This document shows, one piece after another, positions 18,101-35,168 of a DNA stretch of 64,000 bases. Each line of letters starts with the position of its first letter. Position 1 is the first letter of the stretch. Source of the stretch: the human T2T-CHM13v2.0 reference genome, Homo sapiens; assembly GCF_009914755.1 (NCBI RefSeq), contig NC_060945.1; one strand, given 5' to 3'. Under the pieces are notes generated by a model that was given only the letters and a program-made list of their open reading frames with translations, ran no database searches and was not told the origin of the DNA. Both the position numbers and the translations under genes were made by a program.

Positions 18101-18439
18101 AGTTTCTTAAGGCCAAGAACAGCTTTAAGAGACTTCAAAAGGTAGTAGGCAGGGAGTGGAGGATCAGCTTGCAAGGAAAACAGAGGAGTGACCAGAGATG
18201 TAAATAAAAGAGGTTGTACCCCAGAGCTTAGAACAGGTCCAGCACACAGGAAGCATACAGGCTGCCTGATAACTTGCCAGCCTCTGGGCAGAGCACATAG
18301 ATGACACAGCTGTCAACTATGTCCACCTGAGCATACAAGGTTTCTGTTCATCCAATTGTCATTTAAGTGGATTCATCTACCACCACAAAGTGTTGAATCT
18401 GAACTTAATCTCTAAAGACTGCCTAAAATGTCTTCATAA

Positions 18440-19985
18440 CAACTTACCATATCCCCAGAAGGCTGTCAGTCACATGTCTTTGACATATAAGACAGCAGAA
18501 ACTGCCAAACATCTTTCAAAACCAGGAGTGTCAAGGCCACAAGGCGAAATCCAGGTAGAGCATGGTGGTCTGAGAGTGGAGGGAGACCACATGGCTAGAG
18601 TTTGCCATGCAGCGTACAGACAGCCACACAGAGGGAACGCAGGAGATCTGCAGGGGGTGCTCCTTCAGTCTGTGGCTGAGTACTGAAGAGTCTATACATA
18701 AGAGGAAACTACCCAAGGGAAGGAAAGAACCACTGGAAAGAACATGTCCCAGAGCTACCACAAGGCTGGAAGAGAGTTCATACTCTCACAAGTCGAGTAG
18801 AGAAACCTCGGAATACATGAAGCATCAGAGAGTGGAAACACTCAAAGGGTATGACTGCCTTAGTAGGGGGACAAATCAGTCCTGGGCTACAGCTGCTCTG
18901 GTCCTGCCTATAACAAAGCTTAAGAGACATAAAAGGATCAAATTGTTTCTGATTGTTTCTGAGTCACCTAACTGCATCCCAAAACAAAGCTTAAAAACAT
19001 TTAAAGGACTAGCAAAGATCCAGTCCCAACAAATTGTATGCAAAGCACCAAATAAGGGAAAATAGGTCCAAAATGAAGAGTAAACAGAAGCAGAAAAAAT
19101 CAGTAGAAGCAGATGCAGAAATGACACAGACAATTGGACAAGGACCCTGAGATAGCTATAAATATACTCTGTGTGTTCAAGGTGGAAGAGGGCATGAGCA
19201 TGTTAAGGGAAGACATCAGAAATATTTTTAAAGACCCAATCAAGCTTCTAGAGAGAGAAAATACAATGTCTGAGATGAAAAAATCATTGGATGGCATAGA
19301 TTAGACATTGCAGAAGTAGAGATTAATTTATTTAATTCTTCAAAGTGACAATAGAGAGATTAATTTTATTTATTTATGTATTTATTTATTTTGAGATGAA
19401 GTCTCGCTCTGTTGCTCAGCAATGGTGTGATCTCAGCTCACTGCAACCTCAGCCTCCCGGGTTCAAGTGATTCTCTGGCCTCAGCCTTCCGAGTAGCTGG
19501 GATTCCAGGCATGCACCACCATGCCCAGCTAATGTCTGTATTTTTAGTAGAGATGAGGTTTCACCATGTTGGCCAGGCTGGTCTCGAACTCCTGACCTCA
19601 AGTGATCCACCCGCCTTGGCCTCCCAAAGTGTTGAGATTACAGGTGTGAGCCACCATGCCCAGCCGAGATTAATTTTAAAATGTAACAATAGAAACTATC
19701 CAAACTGAAACACAAACAGGAAAAAAAAATCTGACCATTAGCAAGCTGTGAGACAACTTCGAGCAGCCTATTATAACCTGTAATTGAAATCCCAGAGGGA
19801 GGGTGCAGTGGATACAAAAAATGCTTGAAGAAATAATGGCTGAGAAGAATCTAGATTTATTGATGAACTATAAACCTATAGATCCAAGAAACTCAATATA
19901 CACCAAGCAGAAGGAATATCAAGAAAACTAGACCACAGTACATCGTAATCAAATTACTTAAAACCAGTGACAAAAGCAAAGTTTT
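18440..19985 (+). mobile_element. Ancient L1 5'/ORF1 fragment with an inserted Alu (about 19365-19665)
   Basis: A-rich ORF1-like text (aatacaatgtctgagatgaaaaaatcattggatgg; gaagaaataatggctgag; gatccaagaaactcaa). Confidence 0.7.
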
Positions 19986-21469
19986 TCAAGGCTTAGAAGT
20001 TACTTAATGATTTATGGGGGATGGGGACAGAGGCAGATAAAATTTTATAAATATATACCTAAATATCCTATGTTGACATTAAAAGACATTCATTCTAGGC
20101 TGGGCATGGTGGCTCACACCTGTAATCCTACCACTTTGGGAGGCTGAGGTGGGCAGATCACTTGAGGTCAGGAGTTCGAGACCGGCCTGGTCAACATGGC
20201 AAAACCCCATCTCTACTAAAAATACAAAAATTAGCTGGGTGTGGCAGTGCATGCCTGTAATCCCAGCTACTTGGGAGGCTGAGGCACGGAATTGCTTGAG
20301 CCTGGGAGGCAGAGGTTGCATTGAGCTGAGATTGCACCACTGCACATCAGCCTGGGCAACAGAGCGAGAATCCAGCTCAAAAAAAAAAAAAAAAAAGACA
20401 TTCATTCTAAAAAGCATAGAATGGACTTCATTTTGGGGATATTTTAGAAGACTGCCCCTAAAAAATACTTTTAATATTGGTTTATTTTTCCACTTACTTT
20501 AACTTTTCTTAAAAGGGCATTCAGAAAACAGAATTTCCCAACAGGTTTTGTATATAATATGCATACTATGTATTAATTATTATTATTATTTTGATATGGA
20601 GTCTTGCTCTGTCACCCAAGCTGAAATGCAGTGGCACTATCTCGACTCACTCCAACCCCCGTGTCTCCTGGGTTCAAGTGGTTCTCCTGCCTCAGCCTTC
20701 CGAGTAGCTGGGATTACAGGCACACACCACCATGCCCGACTAATGTTTGTATTTTTATTAGAGATGGGGTTTCACCATGTTGGCCAGGCTGGTCTCGAAC
20801 CCCTGACCTCAGATGATCCACCCACTTCAGCCTCCCAAAGTGCTGGGATTACAGACATGAGCCACCACACCTGGCTGGCCACTAGGTATTAATTCTGGTT
20901 TTTCCTTTTTTCTTCATAAAGGTACTTTACCTGTTGTTGTTAATTTTTTTTTTCCCGAAAGGCTAGTCAAGTGAAACAATGGGTCTGATAGGGTTTTTTA
21001 ATAAGACACAGGCTATGGAAGCAGCAGTCTGGATTCAAATCCAGGCTTCTCATTTACTAGCTAGGCATCCTAAAGCAAGCCCTAAACTTTATTTCCTCAT
21101 CTATAAAATGGGAATAACACTGGGTGTGGTGGCTATAATCCCAGCACTTTGGGAGGCCGAGGCAGGCAAATTGTCTGAGCTCAGGAGTTCGAGACCACTC
21201 TGGGCAATATGGTGAAACCTCGTCTCTACTAAAATACAAAAAATTAGCTGGGTGTGGTGGTGTGCACCTGTAGTCCCACCTACTCGGGAGGCTGAGGCAT
21301 GGGAATCGCCTGAGTCCCGAGGCGGAGGCTGCAGTGAGCCGAGATTGTTCCACTGCACTAAGGCAGCTTGGGCTACAGGGTGAGACTCCCTCGCAAAAAA
21401 TAAATAAATAAATAAAAATAAAAATAAATAAAATGGGAATAACACCTGACATATATTTAAAATAATTAA

Positions 21470-21643
<174 letters not shown>

Positions 21644-22002
21644 TAGAGACAGGGTTTTGCCATGTTGCCCAGGCTGGTCTTAAACTCCTAGACTTAAGCA
21701 ATCCACCCACTTCAGCCTCCCAAAGTGCTGGGATTACAGGCATGAGCCACAGCACTTGGCCTAAATGTGAATTCAAAGGGTAAAATATATAAAGGATCCA
21801 GCTAAAGTCTTGATACACAGCAAGACCTCTAGTTAAAAGGCCTCTCTGCTCTTATGTAACAGTGGAATTCTCACCTTTTAAAAGAAGTTCTATCATTGTA
21901 ACCAATCCATGGGATTTATATGTGTTCCATATATATGCTGCCTTAATTAAGTTGACATTTCTGTAAATGTTACAGGCGTGGTTAAAAAATAAGGCAACTT
22001 AC

Positions 22003-22060
22003 CTAAAAAATATAAGTGCATTTTGAAAAAACACAGCTAGTCCCGGATAAACATCAGTAT
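22003..22060 (-). CDS. TMEM50B: TMEM50B exon 6 (N)TDVYPGLAVFFQNALIFF(S)
   Basis: 58 nt, AG acceptor and AG/GTAAGT donor; phases match flanking exons. Confidence 0.96.
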
Positions 22061-22894
22061 CTACATACACAAAGTAAAACAGATTAGACGGTTATATAGG
22101 CAAACGGCAGTAATAAAGTATCAGTGCCATTCATAATGATACATTTTGTATATTACAACATACTGCTATTATTCATTAACTGTAAGACATCTATAATGAA
22201 ACTGAAAGAAGAAAATGCCAATTTAATTCCCCCAAAGCAAAGGACTGCTCTTACTCTGGATAAAAGTCAATGAACTTACAAAGTTTTCTTTTAGTCAAAG
22301 TAATTGCTGGTTCTAGCTACATCAAAACTGCTGAGGAAGCAGTAACTTGCTCCTTTGCCTCCTATGGCCAACACTGAAATGCAAAATCGTAAAAACATAC
22401 AAAATAAATTCTTGACTTTTAAACAGTCTGTTAATTTATTTTCTTTCATGAATTCAAGAGGTTTTTTGTGTTTGTTTTTAAAGAAATGGGGCCTCACTAT
22501 ATTGCCCAGACTGGAGTGCAGCAGCTACTGACAGGCACAATCATAGCAAACTACAGCCCAAACTCCTGGGCTCAAGTGATCCTCCTGCCTCAGCGTCCCA
22601 AGTGGATGGGACTACAGGCACACACCACAATGCCTGGCTCTCAATCCAGGAGTTTTATCATGCAAATATGTCAGATATAAATAACACAGTTAGAATTTAT
22701 CATTCTCTTTCACTGAATCTATCCTGGAGGAAATGGTTACTATCTTTATAGGAAAAGAAAAGAAACAAAATGGAAACTACTTAAATTTTTGTGGATTATT
22801 AACTTTTGTAAAACTACAAATGTTGATTTAAAAAATACTGGAGAAGATGAAGAAACTGGTTCAATTCTGAGCTCTTGATATCATAGCAAACAAT

Positions 22895-23140
22895 ACAGCA
22901 GCATGGTTAAGAGCTCCAAGTTTGAGCCAGACCCAGGTTTGAATCCTATCTATACCAATGACTAACTGTATGACCTTGGGCAAATTATTTAACCTCAGCA
23001 TATCTTCATTTCCTCACCTGTAAAACGGGCATTGTAATAGCACCTACTCCAGAGTGTAAGAATTAGATGAGTGACTCTATATAGTGCTTAGAACAGTATC
23101 TAGCCTATAAAGTAATATATAAAAGTTAGCTATTACTATG
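22895..23140 (+). mobile_element. MIR
   Basis: gcagcatggttaagagc...tgaccttgggcaaattatttaacctc...ttcctcacctgtaaaacggg core. Confidence 0.8.
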
Positions 23141-23369
23141 AATATTAATAGTTCAAGCAAATCTGTACAGTAAAAGATTTGAAACATGGCCTAGAAATGC
23201 TCTCTGAAATAAAGTCATATTCACTTTACAAATAGAAAAGTATATTTAGGCTGGGTGTGGTGACTCACGCTTGTAATCCCAGCACTTTGGGGGGCCGAGG
23301 CGGGTAGATCACTTGAGGTCAGGAGTTTGAGACCAGCCTGGCCAACATGGGGAAACCCTGTCTCTACTA

Positions 23370-23612
<243 letters not shown>

Positions 23613-23633
23613 TTACTAGTTCTTTAAATATTA

Positions 23634-23948
<315 letters not shown>

Positions 23949-24058
23949 TCAACAATAGTAAAGCCTTTACAAACAATATTTCCCTACATACCTTACAGAA
24001 ATGGCAATTTATCCCTATTTTCACTATAGAAACTGTAAAGCTCATGGATCACTTCAAC

Positions 24059-24419
24059 TGCTAAAGTAAATAAGCAGGAAGCCATTAACCTGAGGCTATC
24101 TCCCTACTCTGAGTTCCTGTGTGACCCCAACCCACCCCCCGGAACCTAACTTACGTAAACGAACTGAAACCTAGGGTTATATTTTTTAATAAATAGCTGA
24201 ATTTTAGTCAATCACAAACGGCTAAGCTTTAGCCAATCCCAAGCAGCCAACTGATGAGACCATGCACAAATAAGACAAACATATAGCTACAGACAATCTA
24301 AAAATTTCTTGTCTTTGCCTTGTGTTCAGCCTACAGCTGCTCATGCTGCTGGGTGAAGCTCTCCGAACCTCTTCTTGGTTTGCTCAAATTGCTAATTTAT
24401 CTAAAGTTTTTCTTTAACA
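24059..24419 (+). mobile_element. ERV1-class solo LTR fragment
   Basis: TG...CA termini, CCAAT-type boxes and ctaaagtttttctttaaca ending typical of MER4-group LTRs; family uncertain. Confidence 0.55.
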
Positions 24420-24569
24420 TAACTATGGAGACCTTTTAAGAAAATCAGTGACAGCAGCCCACCCTTCTTACAGTCAGGGATAAAATGAGTTTAAAACACA
24501 CTTTCCGGCTGGGCACAGTGGCTCACGCCTGTAATACCAGCACTTTGGGAGGCTGAGGTGGGTGGATCA

Positions 24570-24893
<324 letters not shown>

Positions 24894-25651
24894 CTAATGG
24901 GTATGGCAGTGATAAAAATATTCTCAAATTGGATTGTGATGATGGTAGCATAATTCTGTGAAAATACTAAAAACACTGAACTGCATATTTTAAATGGCTG
25001 AATTATATGGTATGCAAATTATATCTCAATGAAGCTATCTTTAAAAAAGCATTTTCCTTCAGATATGCTTCATACCAGAATTATGTGCTCTAGTAGTATT
25101 TTTAATTAACTAAAAAACACATTTTAGATACAGTTGGTGACCAATGTTATTTAAGCCAACCACTGTCCTCTTGTAATCTGACTTATTTTGTATCAAGTGA
25201 AAGACAAAAGAAAAACAAAAGTATTCCAAAGATCTTATACTGATCAAACTATGAGACTTAAATGATACTATCAAAAGTATTCAAAAACCAGCTGTGAGTC
25301 AGGACAAGGAGATGTGACAGTTAAGCAAAGAAGGCTGACAAAGAGATTCCAGAGGTAGAGGAGTCAGAGGATGAATAAATTGCGTTCTCTGAAACTGACT
25401 CCTGTCTTAGGAGCAAAGGAAGAGGGCCAGTGAAACAGTCTTCCGACGCTTCCAGAGACATTTCTGAAACTGGGTTCTATTTTTCATCACTACTGTGAAT
25501 GAAAAGCTATGGCACCTGGCAGAGCCACAGATTTCAGCATGGTGTAATAAGAGCTCATCCCACTCCATCAGCTGTTTCTGTATGAAGAGTATACATATGT
25601 GTTCAGTCTTGCCCTTAAAAAACTCCCCCTGTACCCATGACTTAAAAATTA

Positions 25652-25959
<308 letters not shown>

Positions 25960-26043
25960 TTACAGGATTAGGTTGGAGAGAGAAGGTGTCAATGAAACGA
26001 AAGATTATCTACTGGCAATCCATAGATTATCAGATAAGGGGTC

Positions 26044-26358
26044 TATACCCCTTATCTGAAATCCCTGGGGCAAGATATATTTTGGGATTCAGAATTCTTC
26101 AGGTTTAAGAACAGTAAGGGAAAGCACATATACTACATAGCACCGCCAGCTGGGTATAGACAAGCACATCCTATAATCTAATATATCTATTTTCATTCCT
26201 ACAATAAAACATTTGAATACTTACACTAAATGGGATAAAGAAAATAGTGAGCTCCATGTCAGTTTAGGTCAGGTTTTGCTGCCAGACTAGTTATAAATAA
26301 CTTGATTTTCAGCATTTTGTGGATTTTAGAATTGTATATAAGGGAGTGTACACCTGTA
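26044..26358. mobile_element. Tigger-derived MITE (MER46-like)
   Basis: cccttatctgaaa... start and ...ataagggagtgtacacctgta end. Confidence 0.6.
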
Positions 26359-26604
26359 CTGGTTTCTCACTTTTTCTACTGCAACTCCCAGTAAATGGGC
26401 CTCTAGCATAAAATCCTGGCTGTCTAAGGTAAAGAAGGAAAGCAGAAAGTCTGGAGACAGCTGAGAGGTACCAGCTTTGTCAGTGGCTTGGATTTCCTAA
26501 CCAGGGCTATCCTACTGCACTAAGTGTTCCCACTGACAAGTTTTATTAAACTCATGTATCTTCACACAGAGCAGTATCTTCAATCTAAGTGAACAATTAT
26601 ACTA

Positions 26605-26850
<246 letters not shown>

Positions 26851-27917
26851 CTAGGAGCCCTGTTAGCCTAGTATATATTATGCATATCAAAGATAGTCAT
26901 ATATTTATATAAATCTGCTGTAAGTTAAATGAATGATGATTTAAAAAAAAAACACTAAAAGAAGTTAAACCATACATGGAAAAGGAAAAAAAGAAAGTTA
27001 CCTTTTTACTGACTAGAGAAACGAATGCCCTAATTAAAAAATTACACTGTTGTATATATTACCAAAATAATTGCTCTATTAAAAGTAGCACATGTATTCT
27101 GGATAGCCATCACCACATAGGAATGAGAGACTTCAAATGAAGAAGGACTAATATGTCCCTTTTTAATCAATGGTAAGCTTCTATAATCACACCATTATTC
27201 AATATGGTACAAATAACGGCCATTCTTTAGGAGTATATTCAGGCTTTTTTATTGCTGAGGCAGCCAATCTGTACCACATATTCATGAAAACTTCAAGATC
27301 AGAAGTATCTCTTCAACCCTGTATTGAACAAAATTCTAGATCTCGATAATGTAAATCATCTGGACACTTGAGTAGATTCAACATATTTTTAGGAAAGCAG
27401 GTTAATACTTGCACCAGATCCTGTTCACAGGTATACTGACAGCCCCATCAACCTCTGGAAGGGGAAGAAAGCTCCACTGAAGTAAAAATAAAATCCTAGC
27501 CAATTTCCATAACAGAAAACTAAATTTGCCTCAGTTGCAAATATTTTGTTACCAGGGAAAAGATTCATTTTAGACACCAGATAAGGAAGAAGCACTGATC
27601 AAAGTTCATAATGGTTAGAACAGCTGATATCTGAGAGAAATAGGTCTCTATATTATCTAAATTTTATTACAATACTAAGCAGATCTCCAGAAATAAACAG
27701 TAATGTTTAGTTCTTTGGAGAAATACAATCTCTAAATTATATTCAATCATAGCTTTTATCTAACGTGAATAAAAGGAACTATTAAAAATCCTTAAAGGCG
27801 GGGCATGGTAGCTCACACCTGTAATCCTAGAAATTTGGGAGGCCAAGGTGGGCGAATTGCCTGAGCTCAGGAGTTCGAGACCAGCCTGGGCAACATGGTA
27901 AAACCCTATCTCTACTA

Positions 27918-28040
<123 letters not shown>

Positions 28041-29277
28041 CTACACTCTAGCCTGCGCAACAAAGCAAAACTGTTTCAAAAAAAAAAAAATCCTTACAAT
28101 TATTTTCCATCATGTCCTTTATTTATGGCTATATACATTAAACTTTCTAATAGAATTAAACAAGAAAAAAATTTCTCTTGTAAAGTAAGTATGTCTGAGG
28201 GCATATTAACAAAAAGAGAAAAAAAAGAAAAAGAAGTATGCTTTTGTTTAGCAAAAAAATAAAACTGTAACATTTTCTCTTGTTTGCTTTGGCTACAAGG
28301 AAGCTCTGAGTTAAGGTTAATGAACAATTAAAAGCATCCATCTTGTCCCAGGTTCTAAGTACAATGATCATTTTTCTACCTAGTTCCTGTTCTTTTTTAT
28401 AGTTTTATTATTTAGCTGTTTCATTTATAGTATATTTATTATTTTGATACTTTCCTATTAATTCCTCCGGGAACTAAATAGAGATAGTTTACAGATAAAC
28501 CACTTAAGCAGTACAAAAGCTTAAGAGTAGCAATACCTGGGCATGACTATAAGACAGTTTGTCCTTAATTTTTGAAACACTAAACAGAAATTGCACTATA
28601 TGCACAATATAAAAATATAAACTGTACTGTTAATTTTAATAGAATAGGGAATATCATAGAATAAAATATAATAATCACTTAGGGTAAAAACGACAGGCTT
28701 GGGAACCAGACAGACCAAAGACAAATACAGGTTCCACTTTTAAGCTAAAAAACTTTGGATAAGTTACAGTGAAACTTCCTATAAAAAACAGATAATAGTG
28801 GCCAGGCACCGTGGCTTACACCGGTAATCCCAGCTACTCTGGAGGCTGAGAGGGGAGGATTGCTTGAGCCCAGGAGTTCAAGGCTTTTCTGCGTCATGAT
28901 CATGCCACTGCACTCTAGCCTGGGCGACAGAGCAAGACCTCGTCTCAAAAAAAGATAATAGTAACATAATTCACAGCAATGTCCGTGGAATATTCTTGAA
29001 AGAAAAATGATGGAGTACATTATTGTATGCTCTACATACAACATCTTCACTTGCTAATATATATTTTTTCTTTACCTTCCCTCATTCCTGACATTACTGC
29101 TGAGGCTGACATACAGGATATGATGAAAAGTAAGCGCGATCGCATGCGCATACACACACATATTGTGCACTTTAAACTTAGGCTCATCTGTCATTTGTCA
29201 TTATACCCTCTCGCAAATTCTCCATGGATTCCAGTAGAAGTGAGGTTACAAAATCTACATCAGCATTTAAAGCATCA

Positions 29278-29638
<361 letters not shown>

Positions 29639-29873
29639 TTATTTGGTTTAAAAGGCTATGATACTTACTATATGATCCCATTTATATGAAATCATAGAAA
29701 AGGCAAAGCAACCATCATAGAAAGTAGATCAGTAGTGGCCAGGAGGTGAGGGGAAGAGTATTAACTATAAAAAGGGGTATGAGGGAACTTTTTGGGGCAA
29801 TGGAAATGTTCTGTATCATGATTGTAGTGGTAGTTACACAACTGTAACTGTACACATTTGATCAAGCTCATCA

Positions 29874-30200
<327 letters not shown>

Positions 30201-30334
30201 TTAATAAAATAATAAATACATTAGTGAATTTTATTATACTTAAATTATATTCAATTAAGCTGACAAAAAGAAAAAATATACACGTGGTACCAAACCAGAC
30301 AAAGTGACCAAATGGTTCTAGATGGGAAACAAGC

Positions 30335-30465
30335 ACAGCATAGTGGCTAAAAGCATGGGCTCTGGAGCCAGACTGTCCGTGTTCAATCCTGGCTCCACCA
30401 CTTACTTGCTCTGTGACTTTGGACACATTATGTAAGCCCACTGTACCTTAATTTCTTCATATTAT
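30335..30465 (+). mobile_element. MIR fragment
   Basis: gcatagtggctaaaagcatgggctctggagccagactg...ttcaatcctggctccaccacttact. Confidence 0.8.
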
Positions 30466-30492
30466 AATGTAAATTTTTTTTTTTTTTTTTGA

Positions 30493-30654
<162 letters not shown>

Positions 30655-31617
30655 TAGTAGAGACGGGGTTTCTCCATGTTGGCAGGGCTGGTCTCGAACT
30701 CCTGACCTTAGGTGTTCCACCCGTCTCAGCCTCCCAAAGTGCTGGGATTACAGGCGTGAGCCACTGCGCCCGGCCGTAAATGTTTAAAAAACACAATTGG
30801 GCCGGGCTCGGTGGCTCACTCCTGTAATCCCAGCACTTTGGGAGGCCAAGGTGGGTGGATCACCTGAGGTCGGGAGTTCGAGACCAGCGTGATCAACATG
30901 GAGAAACCCCATCTCTACTAAAACTACAAAATTAGCCAAGCATGGTGGCGCATGCCTGAAATCCCAGCTCTCGGGAGGGTGAGGCAGGAGAATTGCTTGA
31001 ACCCAGGGGGTGGAGGTTGTGGTGAGCCAAAAACCCACCACTGCACTCCAGCCTGGGAAAGAAGAGCTAAACTCCGTCTCAAAAAAAAAAAAAAAAAAAA
31101 CAAAAATTGGATAACAATTCAAATGAATTCAAACTATAAAAACTAATTTATGTGTAGACAAATAGCATCTTTCTACTGAACAATTTTGTTGCAGTCTGTA
31201 GGTGGCTACTCAGGTGATCAGAAGTGAATGTAAAGACACTGTAGTCCTAGGTTTGATCCCCTAATGTGTTCATTACTTTCCTGTTAATAATCATAGTCAG
31301 CCATCTTGTAAGTAACATTATTGGTCAACAATTGGGATAATAATAAATCCATCATTAGCACTGGAGTCCAAGATCCATTTGAATAGCAACATTTTTTATC
31401 TATATCATGGGCAGTGTAACATGACAAAAACAGTAACTTCTAGCAATAACTTACTTTCTTAAGGATTTGAATAACACTAAAACTTTGTTTTAAAGCAAAT
31501 AAAAAATATTCTATATAATCATTACCAGTCTTGAATAAAGACTCACAAGAGAGGCTTTTTTTCTGGTGACAAATTTCTGTTTTGTCAACACCCATTAACA
31601 GCTCAAAGTATCTTTAC

Positions 31618-31685
31618 CTGTTCTTCCTAAACAGCCGCTTTCATAGCTATCACCTCTCACCTGAGCATTGGATACAGCATTTATC
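31618..31685 (-). CDS. TMEM50B: TMEM50B exon 4 (M)[22 protein letters not shown](G)
   Basis: 68 nt, ttctAG acceptor and CAG/GTAAAG donor; frame continuous. Confidence 0.96.
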
Positions 31686-32334
31686 CTAGAACGGCACAAA
31701 ATCATCAAATGAATTTCAGTATTCGCTGTTAAAATACTCAAATATTTATATAACACTTAGACGGAAAACAGATTATTTCATAACTAAAATCAGTATCTGA
31801 ATAATTTAACATATTTTTAACCTAATAAAAATGCTAGTTGATAGAAATGTTACATTAGTCTTATTTTCATAAAGTACACCCAGAAAACACATTTATTTTA
31901 AGAGATTTCTATCACTTCTCTCCAGAGATTATACAAGAGGGACCAGTTTTCTGGATTCTTTGTCTATTTCACATTTATACATGAATGACTCAGTGCTATC
32001 CCACTTCAAGGTTCTCATTATTATCAAGAGTTAAACAGTTTCTCTTTGTGTTAAAAGTCAAGTGATTTTCTATGATCCATTTCTTAAGCTCAGAGAAAAT
32101 GTAGCTTATGTATAATATGCCCACTTTATTCAGCTTCCCCTTCCATTTTTGTTAGAGCAAGGTACATTAATTAGTAACAGGAATTTCCTTTTTTTAGAAG
32201 CCACAATGGATATAAGTAGTTCCATTTTCCAAAATATAACCTTTTTAAAACTCCTGGCCAGGTGCAGTGGCTCACACCTGTAATCCCAGCACTTTGAGAG
32301 TCCACAGCAGGCAAATCACGAGGTCAGGAGTTCA

Positions 32335-32580
<246 letters not shown>

Positions 32581-33284
32581 TTAATGTTTAATATTTTTTA
32601 ATTGTTAAAAGACATCCATAAAAAGCTTCCAAGCTTTTTTATGAAATGAGGTAACATAAACTTAAAAATAATTTAATAAAAACAAAAGCCACAAACAAAT
32701 CTCTTTTGAGGCCAATCTTGCCTTTTCCTCAAACACTGGCAAACACAGTCAAGTAGCACATTAAAAAAAATAAAAATAATACTGCAAGGTAAAAGTTGAG
32801 TGTACTACAACACCTACGGGTGATTTACTACTAAAAAAATGCAGAAACGTAACATGTTTCATGAAATCTCAGAGCCATCAGTTTTAAGATACACCATTAA
32901 TTTTTAATACTGACAAGAAATAAAAATGTTATCAATTATAATTCTAAGATACCACTGACTGTAAGATGCATCCTGATATTCAGAGGTATTAAAATGCGAA
33001 AAAGTAGATCTTGCAACTGACAAAATATGTAACTGACCAGATTTAAAAATATGAGGAAAAAAAAAAATCACAAGATAATTGTTATAGGTGCTAAAAAGAT
33101 ATATGACCAAATCCAACACTCATTCTTGGTTAAAAAAAATCGTAATAAAATGGGAATTATGTATGTATCATGTTAAAAAATAGTCTATCAAATAAATTAA
33201 AAAGTTATTCAAGAAAGCACTGCACATTAACAGGAAAGTATTTTTAGAAAAATCACCTTGAATAGAGAATTATCTTCATACTTA

Positions 33285-33416
<132 letters not shown>

Positions 33417-33574
33417 TCACTGAAACATTAAAACTCTTGCTAGCACAATACCTGCTTTTTAACATTCCTTTTGTCCTACAGATCATATAAATGGGCTGGG
33501 TGCAGAGGCTCACGCCTGTAATCCCAGCACTTTGGGAGGCCAAGGCAGGTGGATTACTTGAGGTCAGGAGTTCA

Positions 33575-33926
<352 letters not shown>

Positions 33927-35069
33927 TTAGCTGGGCATGGTGGCATGTGCCTCTAATCCTAGCTACTTGGGAGGCTGAGGCACAAGAATTGCTTGAACCT
34001 GGGAAGTCAGAGGCGGAGACTGCAGTGAGCAGACTGCTTCACAATTATCGTTAGTTCTTGCTCTGCTTCATTTCATTTTGTTTTTCTATTGGACTTTAGG
34101 TGTAGAACTGTACATTGAAAGAGATGAATTTTTAAAATGTAAACAGATAAAGAAATTTGCTTCCAAAAAATGCTGTGGGAGCCAGGAATGGTAGTATGAA
34201 CCTGTAGTCCCAGCTACCTGGGAGACTGAGGCAGGAAGATTGCTTGAGACCATGAATTTGAAGCTGTAGTATACTACGACCACATCTGTAAATAGCAACT
34301 GTACTCTAGTAGCTGTACAACATAGCAAGACCTCGTCTCTTTAAAAAAAAAAAAAAAAAAAAAGTGCGGACAGAGAGTGGTTGATGGAATTATAAACCAA
34401 GATAGGTCCTGATTTTGGGGTGTTTTTTTTTTTAAGCTGGATGATAGACACATGGGATAAAGGAGGTGATGGAATCTTTATACCATTCTCTCTGCTTTTG
34501 TTTTATGCCTGTCATTTTCAATTAAAGTTAAAAAAATGATGGAAAGAAAATTAAACAATAGTTTCCTTCACAAATCTCTTCCTCTGATGCTCCCCTGATG
34601 TTGCAGCTGGGGAAACAGAGATGGTATTTCTTCCCTAGAGCCGCTGCAGGGCTTCAGTTCCAATGGAGCCTAAGGTTGTTACTATTATCTGCAGAGTACT
34701 GTCACTGTTGTCTGACCTTCAATAAGTCACAACAATAATTTTGGGTTACATCAAATTCTGAGCCTTTAAGGATCTTAAAGTACTTACATATATGTTGTAT
34801 CAGTAAGTTAAAAATGCTATTGCCTATAATAATTATATTATCACTGGAACTGAAGAAAAGATATTAAGTACACATTTACAAAGTCAAAATGAATCCAGGG
34901 CCTACCATATTCTGCTTGGCAATAGTATCTAGAACTCTGATAATCATCTATACAAAACAGCAGTGAAATAAATAGTTCTGGAAAGCCATTCTCAGTTCAA
35001 AGGAACCGGCATTAATTTCCAGGGCAAAAGGTAAGGGATACATGTCACCAACCAGTCTTTCTCACTTAC

Positions 35070-35168
35070 CAATATACCTGCGACAACAGATGCCACAGCA
35101 TTTCTTCTCTCACTCCAGTCAATACATTCACATTCTGGCCAACGAAAATTATCTAGGAAGCCTGCCAT
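35070..35168 (-). CDS. TMEM50B: TMEM50B exon 2 coding part [33 protein letters not shown] (full exon 35070-35209)
   Basis: ATG at 35168 in strong context (AAAATGG), donor TTG/GTAAGT, acceptor tttgtAG at 35211-35210, leaving 41 nt of 5' UTR in this exon. Confidence 0.97.

Noticed and set aside
18607-19065. 152-aa ORF
   Set aside because: Lies in a degraded L1 5' region; no domain recognised.
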